This document shows, piece after piece, positions 17,954 to 27,979 of a stretch of DNA of 64,000 nucleotides. Origin of the DNA: Clostridia bacterium. Its GTDB lineage: Bacteria; CBDUZB01; JAGLHV01. Numbering within the stretch: the first letter of the stretch is position 1; the number at the start of each line of letters is the position of its first letter. Below the pieces are notes generated by a model. It had not been told where the DNA came from, made no database searches, and was given only the letters and a program-made list of their open reading frames with translations. A program made the position numbers and the translations under genes. The stretch is taken from contig DAOVVV010000006.1 of assembly GCA_030637025.1 (NCBI GenBank), forward strand, positions 1 through 64,000, in the 5' to 3' direction.

Positions 17954-20580
17954 TAGGGAATATGCATACAGTAGCATTGGTTTCTAATGATGGTTCTATA
18001 GATTATTGTTCTATGCCGGATATTGATTCTCCCACAATATTTGCAGCTTTGCTGGATGATGAAAAAGGAGGATTTTTTAGAATTCAACCGATAAATAATT
18101 TTAAATCTAAGCAGAGATATATAAAAGACACGAACATCTTAAGTTGTGAGTTTCGTACAGAAAAGGGTTTAGCGCAACTTAGAGATTTTATGCCGGTAAA
18201 TACTGATAAATTGTTTGAAAAAGATGATTATACAATTCATAGATGCCTTAAAGTTGTTTCAGGGAATATGGATTTTGTTCTGGAAATAGCTCCACGGCCA
18301 GTGTATGCGATGGAGAAACCTATTATAAAGAGGCATGATAATATATTTATTATAGAAACCAAAAAGGAAACATTTCAATTTATAATAGAGTGTGATAAAT
18401 ATGATGTGTTGGAGAGAAATAACGATACTATTATAATTAATTTTTCCTTAAAAACAGATCAAGCAGCTCATTTTTCCTTTATATATGGTGAAAAGAATTT
18501 AAATGAAATTGATTTTTGTGGTTTTGAATCAACAAGAAAATTCTGGATTGATTGGCTTTGGTCAACTGTTGCCAAACAATATTCCGACCTTGGTGAATAT
18601 TCAGATATGATTAATAGATCTCTCTTAGTGCTAAAACTTCTTACGTTTAAACCTACCGGTGCTATTGCAGCTTCTGCTACAACCTCTCTTCCTGAATTTT
18701 TAGGAGCAGGACGTAACTGGGATTATCGTTATACGTGGATAAGAGACAGTTCTTTTACATTAAAGGCAATGTTTGCTCTCGGTCACATTAGTGAAGCAGA
18801 TAGATTTATTCAATGGTTACATAATACATATAAAAAACACGGAACTCAGAACTTAAAAATTATGTATTCGTTAAGAGGGGAAAGTAATCTTAATGAAAAA
18901 ATTCTTGAACATTTAAAAGGATATAAAAACTCAAAACCGGTTAGGATTGGGAACGAAGCTTCGGACCAGAAACAATGGGATATTTATGGAGAAGTAATGG
19001 ATACGGCATTAAATCTTTCAAATTATGCAGGTAAAATAGATGAAACATTATGGCCGTTTTTTAAAGATGTATGTAACCTTGCTATGAAAAACTGGGTATA
19101 TCCGGATGATGGAATCTGGGAAGTAAGAAATGGTCCTTTTCATTTTGTCTACTCAAAGGTGATGTGTTGGGTTGCGTTAGATAGAGGTATTAAGATTGCG
19201 AAAAGATATGGTTTTGATGCCCCTTTAGAATGGAATAAAAAAAGAGATGAAATTAAAAAAGACATATTACAAAAAGGATTTGATAAGGAATTGAATAGTT
19301 TTGTGCAGTATTATGGTTCCAAAGAGGTAGATTCAAGTCTTCTTTTGCTTGGATTAATGAATTTTCTACCTATGGAAGATAAACGTATTCAGGGGACAAT
19401 AAACGCATGTAAAAAATATTTAATGAAAAATAATTTTATTTTGCGATATGTATCGAATGACGGACTTCAAGGAAAAGAAGGAGCTTTTTTACTTTGTAAT
19501 TTTTGGTTTATAGAATGTTTAGCTCTTTCAGAAAAAATAGAAGAAGCACGGAATTTACTTAAAATTACTTTAAAAGCCGCTAATCATTTGGGATTATTTT
19601 CTGAAGAGTATGATTTTAAAAATAATGAAATGTTAGGAAACTTTCCTCAAGCATTCAGTCATATAGGTTTTATCAATGCTGTGTCAGCAATTTTAAATAT
19701 TCAGAATAAAATGTCTATTGAAAAACCACGTATTTCCCTTGCTAAACAAATGCAAAAATTTATTCCGGTAAAAGTTAACTTAAATAAATCCGATATTAAA
19801 GTTTCTGATACAAGTAAAGATATTGCAGTTAAACTAAAAGTTACATTGAATAATTTACAAGGAGCATTTTTTGATGTTTTTGCAGGAAAGGTCAATTATG
19901 AAGCATTAAGGAAATCGGAGAGTTATAAAACCTATTTGGAATTAGCCGCAAAACTTAATGCATTTAATCCATCTGTTCTTAAGACAGATGATGAAAAGAA
20001 AGCCTTTTGGATTAACGTATACAATATTTTGATTATAAACGGGGTAATATATTTTAATATTAAGAAATCAGTTAAAGAGGTATTTAATTTCTTTAATCGA
20101 ATCGGATATAGTATCGGGGATATGTACTTTAGTCCGGATAATATAGAACATGGTATATTACGAAGTAATAGACCACATCCCGGTTCAGGGAAAGTACTAT
20201 TCTCCTCATCGGATAAGAGAAATAGTTTAATTGTGAATAATTTTGATTGTAGAATTCATTTTGCACTTGTATGTGCAGCAAGTTCATGTCCGCCGATTGA
20301 ATTTTATGATGCTTCAAAGATAGATGAGCAACTTGATGTTGCAGGAAGAAGCTTTGTAAACCGTAGAGGTGTTGCGATTGATAAAGAAAATAACGAAGTA
20401 TACTTATCACAGATATTTAAATGGTATGCGGAAGATTTTGGTAAGAATACAAATGAAGTACTGAAATATGCAGTCAAATTTACAGATAAAAATACAAGAG
20501 AGTTTGTTTTAAATAACATAAGAAAAGTTACTGTTAAATATTCTTCATATGACTGGAATTTAAATGCTTTATTAGTATAA
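17923..20580 (+). CDS. Glycoside hydrolase family 15 (trehalase/glucoamylase-like) fused to C-terminal DUF547
   Basis: DYGLIGN, TTSLPE, RNWDYRYTWIRD, GIWEVR, GLFSEE, LGNFPQAFSH; then AFWINVYN, RIHFALVCAASSCPPI, YDWNLN. Confidence 0.9.
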   Translation: MYKKISDYGLIGNMHTVALVSNDGSIDYCSMPDIDSPTIFAALLDDEKGGFFRIQPINNFKSKQRYIKDTNILSCEFRTEKGLAQLRDFMPVNTDKLFEKDDYTIHRCLKVVSGNMDFVLEIAPRPVYAMEKPIIKRHDNIFIIETKKETFQFIIECDKYDVLERNNDTIIINFSLKTDQAAHFSFIYGEKNLNEIDFCGFESTRKFWIDWLWSTVAKQYSDLGEYSDMINRSLLVLKLLTFKPTGAIAASATTSLPEFLGAGRNWDYRYTWIRDSSFTLKAMFALGHISEADRFIQWLHNTYKKHGTQNLKIMYSLRGESNLNEKILEHLKGYKNSKPVRIGNEASDQKQWDIYGEVMDTALNLSNYAGKIDETLWPFFKDVCNLAMKNWVYPDDGIWEVRNGPFHFVYSKVMCWVALDRGIKIAKRYGFDAPLEWNKKRDEIKKDILQKGFDKELNSFVQYYGSKEVDSSLLLLGLMNFLPMEDKRIQGTINACKKYLMKNNFILRYVSNDGLQGKEGAFLLCNFWFIECLALSEKIEEARNLLKITLKAANHLGLFSEEYDFKNNEMLGNFPQAFSHIGFINAVSAILNIQNKMSIEKPRISLAKQMQKFIPVKVNLNKSDIKVSDTSKDIAVKLKVTLNNLQGAFFDVFAGKVNYEALRKSESYKTYLELAAKLNAFNPSVLKTDDEKKAFWINVYNILIINGVIYFNIKKSVKEVFNFFNRIGYSIGDMYFSPDNIEHGILRSNRPHPGSGKVLFSSSDKRNSLIVNNFDCRIHFALVCAASSCPPIEFYDASKIDEQLDVAGRSFVNRRGVAIDKENNEVYLSQIFKWYAEDFGKNTNEVLKYAVKFTDKNTREFVLNNIRKVTVKYSSYDWNLNALLV

Positions 20581-20606
20581 AAAATATTTAGCTAAACGGA
20601 GGAGAA

Positions 20607-21434
20607 ATGGACAGGATAAGTTGTCTACTGGATGGAAATAGACTTAAAAATCAGATAGCTCTTGTCACAGGAGCGAACTCCGGGATAGGTAAAGCAATAG
20701 CAAAGGCTCTTGCTTTGGAAGGGGCAAAGGTTGTTATTAATTATGTTACCAATGAACCGGAAGCAGAGAAACTCGTAGATGAAATAAAAAAAGATGGTTG
20801 TGAAGCTATGGCTATTCAAGCAGATGTCAGTAGAGAAGAACAGGTAAAAGAAATGTTTCAGAAGATGTATGAGAAATATAGAACAATCGATATTCTTGTA
20901 AACAGTGCAGGTATACAGAAAGATGCTCCTTTTGTAGATATGACAATTGAACAATGGAAAAAAGTCATTGATGTAAACCTTACCGGATCTTTTCTTTGTT
21001 CAAGAGAAGCTACCAGAGAATTTATCCGGAGAGGAGTAGTTAATGAAAAATCAATATGTGCCGGTAAAATTATTTTTGTAAGTTCTGTTCACCAGGTTAT
21101 TCCCTGGGCAAAGCACTGTAATTATGCAGCATCAAAAGGAGGTATAATGCTTTTAATGAAATCAATCGCCCAGGAAGTTGCTTCCTATAAAATACGTGTA
21201 AATAGTATTGCTCCCGGAGCCATTAAAACTCCTATTAATAAAGTAGCCTGGGAAACACCTGAAGCAGAAAAAGAATTGTTGAAATTAATCCCTTACAATA
21301 GGGTGGGGGACCCTCAAGATATTGCCGCTGTAGCAGTATGGCTTGCTTCAGACGAGTCTGATTATGTACAGGGTACTACAATTTTTGTTGATGGGGGGAT
21401 GACCCTTTATCCAGGATTTGCTACAGGGGGATAG
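20607..21434 (+). CDS. Glucose 1-dehydrogenase-type SDR
   Basis: TGANSGIG, SSVHQVIPW, YAASKGG, VDGGMTLYPGFATGG. Confidence 0.88.
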   Translation: MDRISCLLDGNRLKNQIALVTGANSGIGKAIAKALALEGAKVVINYVTNEPEAEKLVDEIKKDGCEAMAIQADVSREEQVKEMFQKMYEKYRTIDILVNSAGIQKDAPFVDMTIEQWKKVIDVNLTGSFLCSREATREFIRRGVVNEKSICAGKIIFVSSVHQVIPWAKHCNYAASKGGIMLLMKSIAQEVASYKIRVNSIAPGAIKTPINKVAWETPEAEKELLKLIPYNRVGDPQDIAAVAVWLASDESDYVQGTTIFVDGGMTLYPGFATGG

Positions 21435-22127
21435 ATGACTAAAACCCATAATAAACATTTACTAAAACCAGTAATTTTTATTCTGATTATTGTAGGATTA
21501 ATAATAATTTCTCGTACTTTAGGGTTAGGGCAGAAACTCGGTGAATTGAAAAACTGGATAATGACAATAGGAATCTGGGGCCCAATTGTTTTTATATTTT
21601 TATATGCAATTGCTACTGTAGCTACTATACCCGGTTCAGCACTTACTTTAGCAGCCGGGTCTATGTTTGGTTCAGTGCTTGGTGTTATAGTTGTAAGCAT
21701 AGCTTCTACTTTTGGAGCCAGTCTTGCATTCCTTGTGGGTAGATATATTGCTCGTGATTCAGTTTCAAAATGGCTTAGTAATAAGGAAAAATTTAAGAAA
21801 TTAGATGATTTAACTAAGAAACATGGGAATATTATTGTGGCAATAACAAGACTTGTTCCTCTTTTTCCTTTTAATCTGCTTAATTATGGATTTGGCCTTA
21901 CAAACGTATCTTTCAAGGTGTATGTATTTTGGTCATGGTTATGTATGTTACCCGGAACCGTAATTTATGTAGTAGGAGCAGATGTTGTCACAAAGGCTAT
22001 GACTCAAGGAAAGATTCCGTGGTTTTTAATAATAATACTCATTATAGTCATAATTGTTATTACGATTATTGCAAATTATATTAGAAAATACCTGAGGGAG
22101 AAAGGAAAAAATGAGCATGGAATATAA
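21435..22127 (+). CDS. TVP38/TMEM64 (DedA/VTT) membrane protein
   Basis: PGSALTLAAG..FG, RLVPLFPFNLLNY.FGLT, MLPGT. Confidence 0.9.
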   Translation: MTKTHNKHLLKPVIFILIIVGLIIISRTLGLGQKLGELKNWIMTIGIWGPIVFIFLYAIATVATIPGSALTLAAGSMFGSVLGVIVVSIASTFGASLAFLVGRYIARDSVSKWLSNKEKFKKLDDLTKKHGNIIVAITRLVPLFPFNLLNYGFGLTNVSFKVYVFWSWLCMLPGTVIYVVGADVVTKAMTQGKIPWFLIIILIIVIIVITIIANYIRKYLREKGKNEHGI

Positions 22128-23535
22128 TTATCAAGTTATTGTAATAGGTGCAGGAAGTGCCGGATTGGTTGTTGCTTCAGGATGTTCTGCTTTAGGGGCA
22201 AAAGTAGCATTGATTGAAAAAAACAAGACGGGGGGAGACTGTTTGAATACAGGTTGTGTACCAAGCAAGACTTTTCTTAAAAGTGCACATCTTGCAGGTA
22301 ATATTAGAAATTCACAGAATTATGGATTGAAAACAGTTTTAAATGATGTTGATATAAAGGAAGTTATGGCACGTGTAAAATCAGTAATTAAAGAAATCGA
22401 GCCAAATGATTCAAAAGAAAGATATGAAAAAATGGGAGTTAAAGTAATATTGGGAGAAGGAAAACTAATTAATAATCATACTGTTAAAATTGGTGAGGAT
22501 ATGATTACCGGGAAATATATAGTTATTGCCTCTGGTTCTGAGCCTATGGTGCCCCCAATTCCCGGACTTAAAGAAGTTCCTTATTTAACAAATAAGAACA
22601 TATTTAACCTTGAAAAATTGCCCAAACATTTGATTGTTTTAGGCGGTGGTCCTATCGGATTAGAATTGGGACAAGGTTTTAGATACTTGGGTTCTGAAGT
22701 ATCGGTAGTTGATATGCTTCCACTTCTTTTCCCTAAGGATGATCCGGAAGTATCACCTTTAATGGAAAAGAGACTTAAATCTGAAGGTATAAATTTATTC
22801 TTATCTTCAAAGATTGTTGAGGTTAGAAGTAATGCAAATGGTATTATTGTGATTATTGAAAAAGTGGGGAATAGAAAAGAAATTAAGGGAGATAATCTTC
22901 TTGTTTCTTTAGGAAGGTCGCCTATTAGTAAAGGTATAGGTCTGGAAAAATCAGGAGTAAAACTTGATAAGAAAGGATATATCCAGGTAAATGATACACT
23001 CCAGACGAGTGTTAGAAATATATATGCATGTGGCGATGTTGTAGGGCCATATCAGTTTACGCATATGGCAGGGTATCAGGGAAGCATTGTAGTAAGAAAT
23101 GTAATTTTTCCATTCAAGTCGAAAGTAGATTATTCCATCGTTCCATGGACAACTTATACTAATCCTGAAGTTGCACATGTCGGATACACTGAACCTTGGG
23201 CGAGATCTTTAGGTATATATAATGATTCCGTAATAATTAATCTTGAAGAAATAGATAGGGCCAGGACAGAAGGTGAGAAAACCGGATTTCTCAAATTGAT
23301 TCTTAATGACAAGAAAATTGTGATAGGAGCAACAATTGTAGGTGAAAAAGCCGGAGAAATGATTTCGATTGCTACTCTTGCTATTAAGAAGAAACTTAAG
23401 GCAACTGCTTTTAGTAATTTGATATTTTCTTATCCTACGGAATCAGAAATTTTTAAATTTGCTTCATACAAACTAATGAAAAAATCATTTAAACCCTGGA
23501 TGAAAAGAATAATAAAATCAATTTTCCTCAGGTAA
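22111..23535 (+). CDS. Flavin disulfide oxidoreductase (MerA/Lpd-like, no C-terminal Cys pair)
   Basis: GAGSAG, GGDCLNTGCVPSK, GGGPIGLE, CGDV..PYQFTH, YPTESE. Confidence 0.88.
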   Translation: MSMEYNYQVIVIGAGSAGLVVASGCSALGAKVALIEKNKTGGDCLNTGCVPSKTFLKSAHLAGNIRNSQNYGLKTVLNDVDIKEVMARVKSVIKEIEPNDSKERYEKMGVKVILGEGKLINNHTVKIGEDMITGKYIVIASGSEPMVPPIPGLKEVPYLTNKNIFNLEKLPKHLIVLGGGPIGLELGQGFRYLGSEVSVVDMLPLLFPKDDPEVSPLMEKRLKSEGINLFLSSKIVEVRSNANGIIVIIEKVGNRKEIKGDNLLVSLGRSPISKGIGLEKSGVKLDKKGYIQVNDTLQTSVRNIYACGDVVGPYQFTHMAGYQGSIVVRNVIFPFKSKVDYSIVPWTTYTNPEVAHVGYTEPWARSLGIYNDSVIINLEEIDRARTEGEKTGFLKLILNDKKIVIGATIVGEKAGEMISIATLAIKKKLKATAFSNLIFSYPTESEIFKFASYKLMKKSFKPWMKRIIKSIFLR

Positions 23536-23549
23536 AAAAGTTAGTTAAT

Positions 23550-23660
23550 TTAGTGGAAACATTGGGGACTAATGTCAAACCCGATTAATAAAGTATTATT
23601 ATTGTTTCTAATAATTTTTCGTAATTGATACAACTCGTTAATATTATTGATCTTGGTCAT
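23550..23660 (-). pseudogene. Truncated IS110-family transposase N-terminus
   Basis: Minus-strand RBS AAGGAGG then MTKINNINELYQLRKIIRNNNNTLLIGFDIS..., resembling the (L/I)xxG(I/F)D first RuvC-like motif; stop after 36 codons. Confidence 0.55.
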
Positions 23661-23768
23661 GAGGGTTCCTCCTTGTTTTAGTGTATGTCTTCACATAAAT
23701 TATAACCTAATAGAGGGGCTCTGTTGTTTAAAGTTTTAAAGTATGGGGGAAAGACGAAAAATATATTT

Positions 23769-23822
23769 TTGTTATCAATATTGATTTACCCGGGGAGTTT
23801 ATCCCCTTTCTTTCTTTTTCCC
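23769..23822 (+). repeat. Intergenic direct repeat core copy 4 (shortest form, no insert)
   Basis: TTGTTATCAATATTGATTTACCCGGGGAGTTT joined directly to ATCCCCTTTCTTTCTTTTTCC. Confidence 0.8.
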
Positions 23823-23979
23823 TTAACAAACCGGGTTTTTATTAATTCTATCAGTGACTTCGTCACTAGACGAGCCAGTTCCTCATACCAGCCTTTTCTT
23901 ATACATAATATTTTATTTATTTTTATATCGGGGGTGTCATATGTATTGTAGCATTCCCACTGCCCTTTAATTAAAAAGC

Positions 23980-24019
23980 TTGACAAAATAACAAACTGAT
24001 ACTATAATCATAGCAGTAT
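23980..24019 (+). promoter_or_regulatory. Consensus sigma70 promoter overlapped by imperfect inverted repeat (possible Rrf2 operator)
   Basis: TTGACA(23980)-17 bp-TATAAT(24003); ACTGATA...TAGCAGT flanks the -10. Confidence 0.7.
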
Positions 24020-24045
24020 AAGAATTTTTGTGGGGGGGGGGTAGA

Positions 24046-24462
24046 GTGAAGATTTTAACTAAAAATACAGATTATGCTATTCGTGCTTTAATAGTTTTGG
24101 CTTTGGATAAGAATCGTTTCATTTCGGCAAGGGAAATATCTCAAGAACAAAACATTCCTTATCAGTTTTTACGAGGGGTGTTGCGAAAATTAAAAAAAAA
24201 TAAGTTGATCGAATCCAAGGAAGGCATGGGCGGTGGGGTTCGTATTATTAAAAATTCAAAACAAATAAATATTTTTAATCTGATAAAAATATTTCAAGGT
24301 GATTTTGAAGTGTCCGAATGTATGTTTAAAAAAAATATTTGCCCTAACAGAAAGTCTTGTGTGTTGAGATCTGAGCTTAAACGTATTGAATATGATATTG
24401 GCGTAAAATTTAGGAATATTACATTGGCGAAATTATTAGCAAATATAGATAAAAAGTCTTAG
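24046..24462 (+). CDS. Rrf2 family transcriptional regulator with three C-terminal Cys
   Basis: TDYAIRAL, IES..G..GG, C-x6-C-x5-C; GTG start. Confidence 0.9.
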   Translation: MKILTKNTDYAIRALIVLALDKNRFISAREISQEQNIPYQFLRGVLRKLKKNKLIESKEGMGGGVRIIKNSKQINIFNLIKIFQGDFEVSECMFKKNICPNRKSCVLRSELKRIEYDIGVKFRNITLAKLLANIDKKS

Positions 24463-24507
24463 CGTGGATATGTGTAAGGAGATGTTTTAAATGGTTGTGA
24501 GTCTTTG

Positions 24508-24720
24508 ATGTTCAGGGAAATGGAAGATTATCTTGGGAGTGATTTCAAAATAATAAATTATGCTAAAGCAGTACTTGATTTTGCGAAGAAATTGATGAAT
24601 GCAGAAGGATGTGACGAGAAAGTCATTGTTCCATCAGCTAAATAAAAAAGAAAAAATCATTAATGAAAAATTTAAAACAAAAACAGGGATTGATTTAACC
24701 AGAAAATTATTTTTAAAAAA
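24508..24720 (+). pseudogene. Internally deleted HD-domain phosphohydrolase relic
   Basis: EMEDYLGSDFKIINYA..VL.FA..L...EG.D..VIV.SA stops just before the expected LHD motif; followed by a C-terminus-like KIINEKFKTKTG..L.RKLF. Confidence 0.5.
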
Positions 24721-24732
24721 GGAGGAATAAAT

Positions 24733-26403
24733 ATGTTTTGTTTTCAATGTCAGGAAACGGCAAAGAATCAGGGATGTACGATTAAAGGAGTATGTGGAAA
24801 ACCCGGGGAAACCGCTGATGTTCAGGATTTGCTTATTTATGTGTGCAAAGGAATTTCTTTTTACGGGAGACGCCTTAAGGAAATAGAGTCTGTTGATAAG
24901 AAGTTCGGACATTTTATCTGTCAGGCTCTTTTTATCACGATCACAAATGTTGCTTGGGACGATGAGGCCATTATAGGAAGGATCAAAGAAGCTCTGAAAA
25001 TCAGAGATAAAATTAAAGAAGTTTTCTTTGTCGCCTATAGTAAGAAATTTGGAAAGGGTTTCTCCGAGGTATTGCCCGATTGTGTCGCATGGTATTCGGA
25101 TGATAACGCGAAGATTCTCGCTAAAGCCAAGTCTGACGAATTGCGCATTACCGCTCAAGACAATGAAGATGTGAGGTCTTTGCGGGAACTGCTTATTATA
25201 GGATGCAAGGGGATTGCTGCTTATGCTGATCATGCCGCTGTGTTGGGACGTGAAAAAGAAGAAATATACGATTTTATTATGGAAGCTCTGGATTCGACCA
25301 TAAGAGATCTGACGGTTGATGATATGGTAGCAATGGTCCTGAGAGCCGGAGAAAAGGCTGTCTCGACCATGGCTCTTTTGGATGAAGCCAATACAGCTAG
25401 CTACGGTCATCCTGAAATTACCGAAGTTAATTTGGGTGTCAGGAAAAATCCGGGGATACTGATAAGCGGCCATGACCTTAAGGACATGGAAGAACTGCTC
25501 AAGCAAACCGAGGGAACGGGTATCGATGTGTATACCCACGGTGAAATGCTTCCGGCAAATTATTATCCCGCTTTTAAAAAGTATACTCACTTTGTAGGCA
25601 ACTACGGCGGGTCTTGGTGGCAACAGAATAAAGAATTTGAGTCTTTTAACGGGTCTATTATTTTGACCACCAACTGCTTGATTCCAATCAAGAAGGAAAA
25701 TACCTATTTGAAAAGGCTGTTTACTACCGGAGTAGTCAGTTATCCGGGTGCCAACCATATACCGGATAGAGCGAAAGGAGGGTCTAAAGACTTTTCAAAG
25801 GTAATCGAACTTGCCAAAACCTGCAAGTCTCCTGAAGAACTGGAAAGCGGCACTCTTGTTGGAGGGTTTGCCCATAATCAGGTCATCGCTTTAGTGGATA
25901 AGGTGGTAGAGGCGGTTAAATCGGGCGAGATCAAGCGTTTTGTGGTCATGGCCGGTTGTGACGGCAGACAGAACACTCGAAATTATTTTACAAAAGTAGC
26001 CGAGAATTTACCCAAAGATACGGTTATTCTTACGGCAGGGTGTGCCAAATACCGATACAATAAATTAAAATTGGGAGACATCGGCGGAATTCCCCGTGTT
26101 TTAGATGCTGGCCAGTGCAATGACTCGTATTCCCTGGTAGTTATTGCTTTAAAATTAAAAGAAGTATTCGGGCTGAAGGATATTAATGACCTGCCGGTAT
26201 CATATGATATTGCGTGGTATGAACAGAAAGCGGTTACGGTTCTTCTGGCTTTGCTTTCTTTGGGAGTTAAGGGAATGCGGCTGGGCCCGACGTTGCCCGC
26301 TTTCTTATCGCCGAATGTTATCAAGGTGCTGGTGGATAAATTTGACATCAAGCCGATCGGGACGGTTGAGGAAGATATTGAGGCAATGATGGAAGGGAAA
26401 TAA
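24733..26403 (+). CDS. hcp: Hydroxylamine reductase (hybrid cluster protein)
   Basis: [10 protein letters not shown]...GC...[35 protein letters not shown]. Confidence 0.97.
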   Translation: MFCFQCQETAKNQGCTIKGVCGKPGETADVQDLLIYVCKGISFYGRRLKEIESVDKKFGHFICQALFITITNVAWDDEAIIGRIKEALKIRDKIKEVFFVAYSKKFGKGFSEVLPDCVAWYSDDNAKILAKAKSDELRITAQDNEDVRSLRELLIIGCKGIAAYADHAAVLGREKEEIYDFIMEALDSTIRDLTVDDMVAMVLRAGEKAVSTMALLDEANTASYGHPEITEVNLGVRKNPGILISGHDLKDMEELLKQTEGTGIDVYTHGEMLPANYYPAFKKYTHFVGNYGGSWWQQNKEFESFNGSIILTTNCLIPIKKENTYLKRLFTTGVVSYPGANHIPDRAKGGSKDFSKVIELAKTCKSPEELESGTLVGGFAHNQVIALVDKVVEAVKSGEIKRFVVMAGCDGRQNTRNYFTKVAENLPKDTVILTAGCAKYRYNKLKLGDIGGIPRVLDAGQCNDSYSLVVIALKLKEVFGLKDINDLPVSYDIAWYEQKAVTVLLALLSLGVKGMRLGPTLPAFLSPNVIKVLVDKFDIKPIGTVEEDIEAMMEGK

Positions 26404-26610
26404 AGAGAATATACACGTAAGGGAGGGTTGTTTTATGAATGGAAAACATTATGTATAACGATGATAAAAGATATTGGGGGACAGTTTAAAGGGTTAAAGT
26501 TCAGCAAGATAAAGAGGGGAGTTTTTCTTTTTCTTGAAGGGAATCCCCTTAGAATTAACCTGCTAATCTTCTCAAACCTTTCCAAAAAAAAGAACAGATA
26601 CCTTATTTTC

Positions 26611-26670
26611 TTGACAGTCATATGCGATGAATGATATAATTACGCAGATTGCATAACGCATAATGCGTAA
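26611..26670 (+). promoter_or_regulatory. Sigma70 promoter and palindromic operator of AAA ATPase gene
   Basis: TTGACA(26611)-18 bp-TATAAT(26635); TTACGCA(26640)...TGCGTAA(26664). Confidence 0.7.
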
Positions 26671-26680
26671 AGGAGGCAAG

Positions 26681-27805
26681 ATGAAAAATCCATTCGTATA
26701 TGGGAAAGAAGTATCCGGTGATAATTTCTGTAACAGGAAGAGAGAGAAAAATGAGTTATATCGTGATATTATTAATGGACAGAATGTTATTATCTTTTCG
26801 CAAAGAAGGTTAGGAAAGACTTCTCTAATTAATGAAGTTTTCAATAAATGTCGAAAAAAAGGAATTATTCCGATATATGTTGACCTTTATCCGATGTTAT
26901 CAGAAGAAGATTTTATACGTATCTATGCTAAGTCTATTGCAGAAGTTGTGTGGGGAAAGATAAGAAAAAAATTAAAAGAAATTACACAGTTTTTCCACAA
27001 GGTTCGTCCTACATTTACTGTCAATCAAACAGGAGAGATATCCTATAGCTTTGACGTCGATAGAAAAGCGATAATTCCGTCTATTGAGGATGTATTGGAT
27101 GGTGTAAAAAGGTATGCGGATAGAAAAAAGAAAAAAGTAACAGTTTGTTTTGACGAATTTCAGCAAATTGGACAGTTAAAAACTGATAAACTTGAGAAAA
27201 TAATGCGTTCGTCATTTCAAAAACATAATAATATAGCATATGTTTTCATGGGAAGTAAAAAACATCTCATTACAGATATGTTTAATAATCCTAATAGACC
27301 TTTTTATAGAAGTGCTAAGTCTTTTCCCCTTGAGAAAATAAATAAATGTGAACTTTCATTATTTATTCAAGATAGATTTCAAACGACAGGAAAGTCCATT
27401 TCAAAAGATTTAATAGGGGAGATACTTGATATATGTGAATTACATCCTTATTACGTTCAATATTTTTGTCATATTATATGGGAGCGAGCGATTGACAGAA
27501 AGATTGTGAAGCAAGAGGATTTACGCGAAGGGCTGAAACTTTTACTTAAAAGAGAATCTTCTACCTATGAAGCTACCTGGGATCTTCTTACCGTTAAGCA
27601 AAAACAAGTACTTGTGGCGATTTCTAAGGTCTCCCCAAATGATAAACTTTTTTCTTCTGAATTCCTCGAAAAACATAATCTTGGTTCAGCCTCAAGTGTT
27701 CAGCGAACAGTGCGTAGTTTGATTAATAAGGATTTGATTGATAAGGCAGGAGAAATGTATATGATAATAGATATATTTTTTAAAAAATGGATTTTGCAGT
27801 TATAA
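26681..27805 (+). CDS. AAA/archaeal-ATPase family ATP-binding protein with C-terminal wHTH
   Basis: MKNPF.YG..V, RRLGKTS Walker A, FDEFQ Walker B, GS. Confidence 0.85.
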   Translation: MKNPFVYGKEVSGDNFCNRKREKNELYRDIINGQNVIIFSQRRLGKTSLINEVFNKCRKKGIIPIYVDLYPMLSEEDFIRIYAKSIAEVVWGKIRKKLKEITQFFHKVRPTFTVNQTGEISYSFDVDRKAIIPSIEDVLDGVKRYADRKKKKVTVCFDEFQQIGQLKTDKLEKIMRSSFQKHNNIAYVFMGSKKHLITDMFNNPNRPFYRSAKSFPLEKINKCELSLFIQDRFQTTGKSISKDLIGEILDICELHPYYVQYFCHIIWERAIDRKIVKQEDLREGLKLLLKRESSTYEATWDLLTVKQKQVLVAISKVSPNDKLFSSEFLEKHNLGSASSVQRTVRSLINKDLIDKAGEMYMIIDIFFKKWILQL

Positions 27806-27979
27806 TATTTGTTATTTTAGTTAAAATAGGGACAGCTGAGAAATAAAGAAAACCGTTTTATCTTTATGCTAACATTTTATTGGTAATTAAGTAGTATAGA
27901 AGCAACATATTTAATTGATATGGTGGCTGTCGCCGGGTTTCTTTACTCTTGAAGAGAAGAAAAAAAGAAAAATATATTT

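Noticed and set aside
22111-23535. Call as merA or lpdA
   Set aside because: Lacks the MerA C-terminal Cys pair and the Lpd His-Pro-Thr-x-x-Glu histidine; no mer or 2-oxoacid dehydrogenase context.
23724-23986. 75-aa and 66-aa ORFs over repeat copy 4
   Set aside because: Composed of intergenic repeat and palindromic sequence; no RBS or protein-like features.
24634-25758. 374-aa minus-strand ORF
   Set aside because: Antisense shadow of hcp; no recognisable motifs.
26428-26634. 68-aa ORF after hcp
   Set aside because: Overlaps a partial copy of the intergenic repeat and the ATPase promoter.
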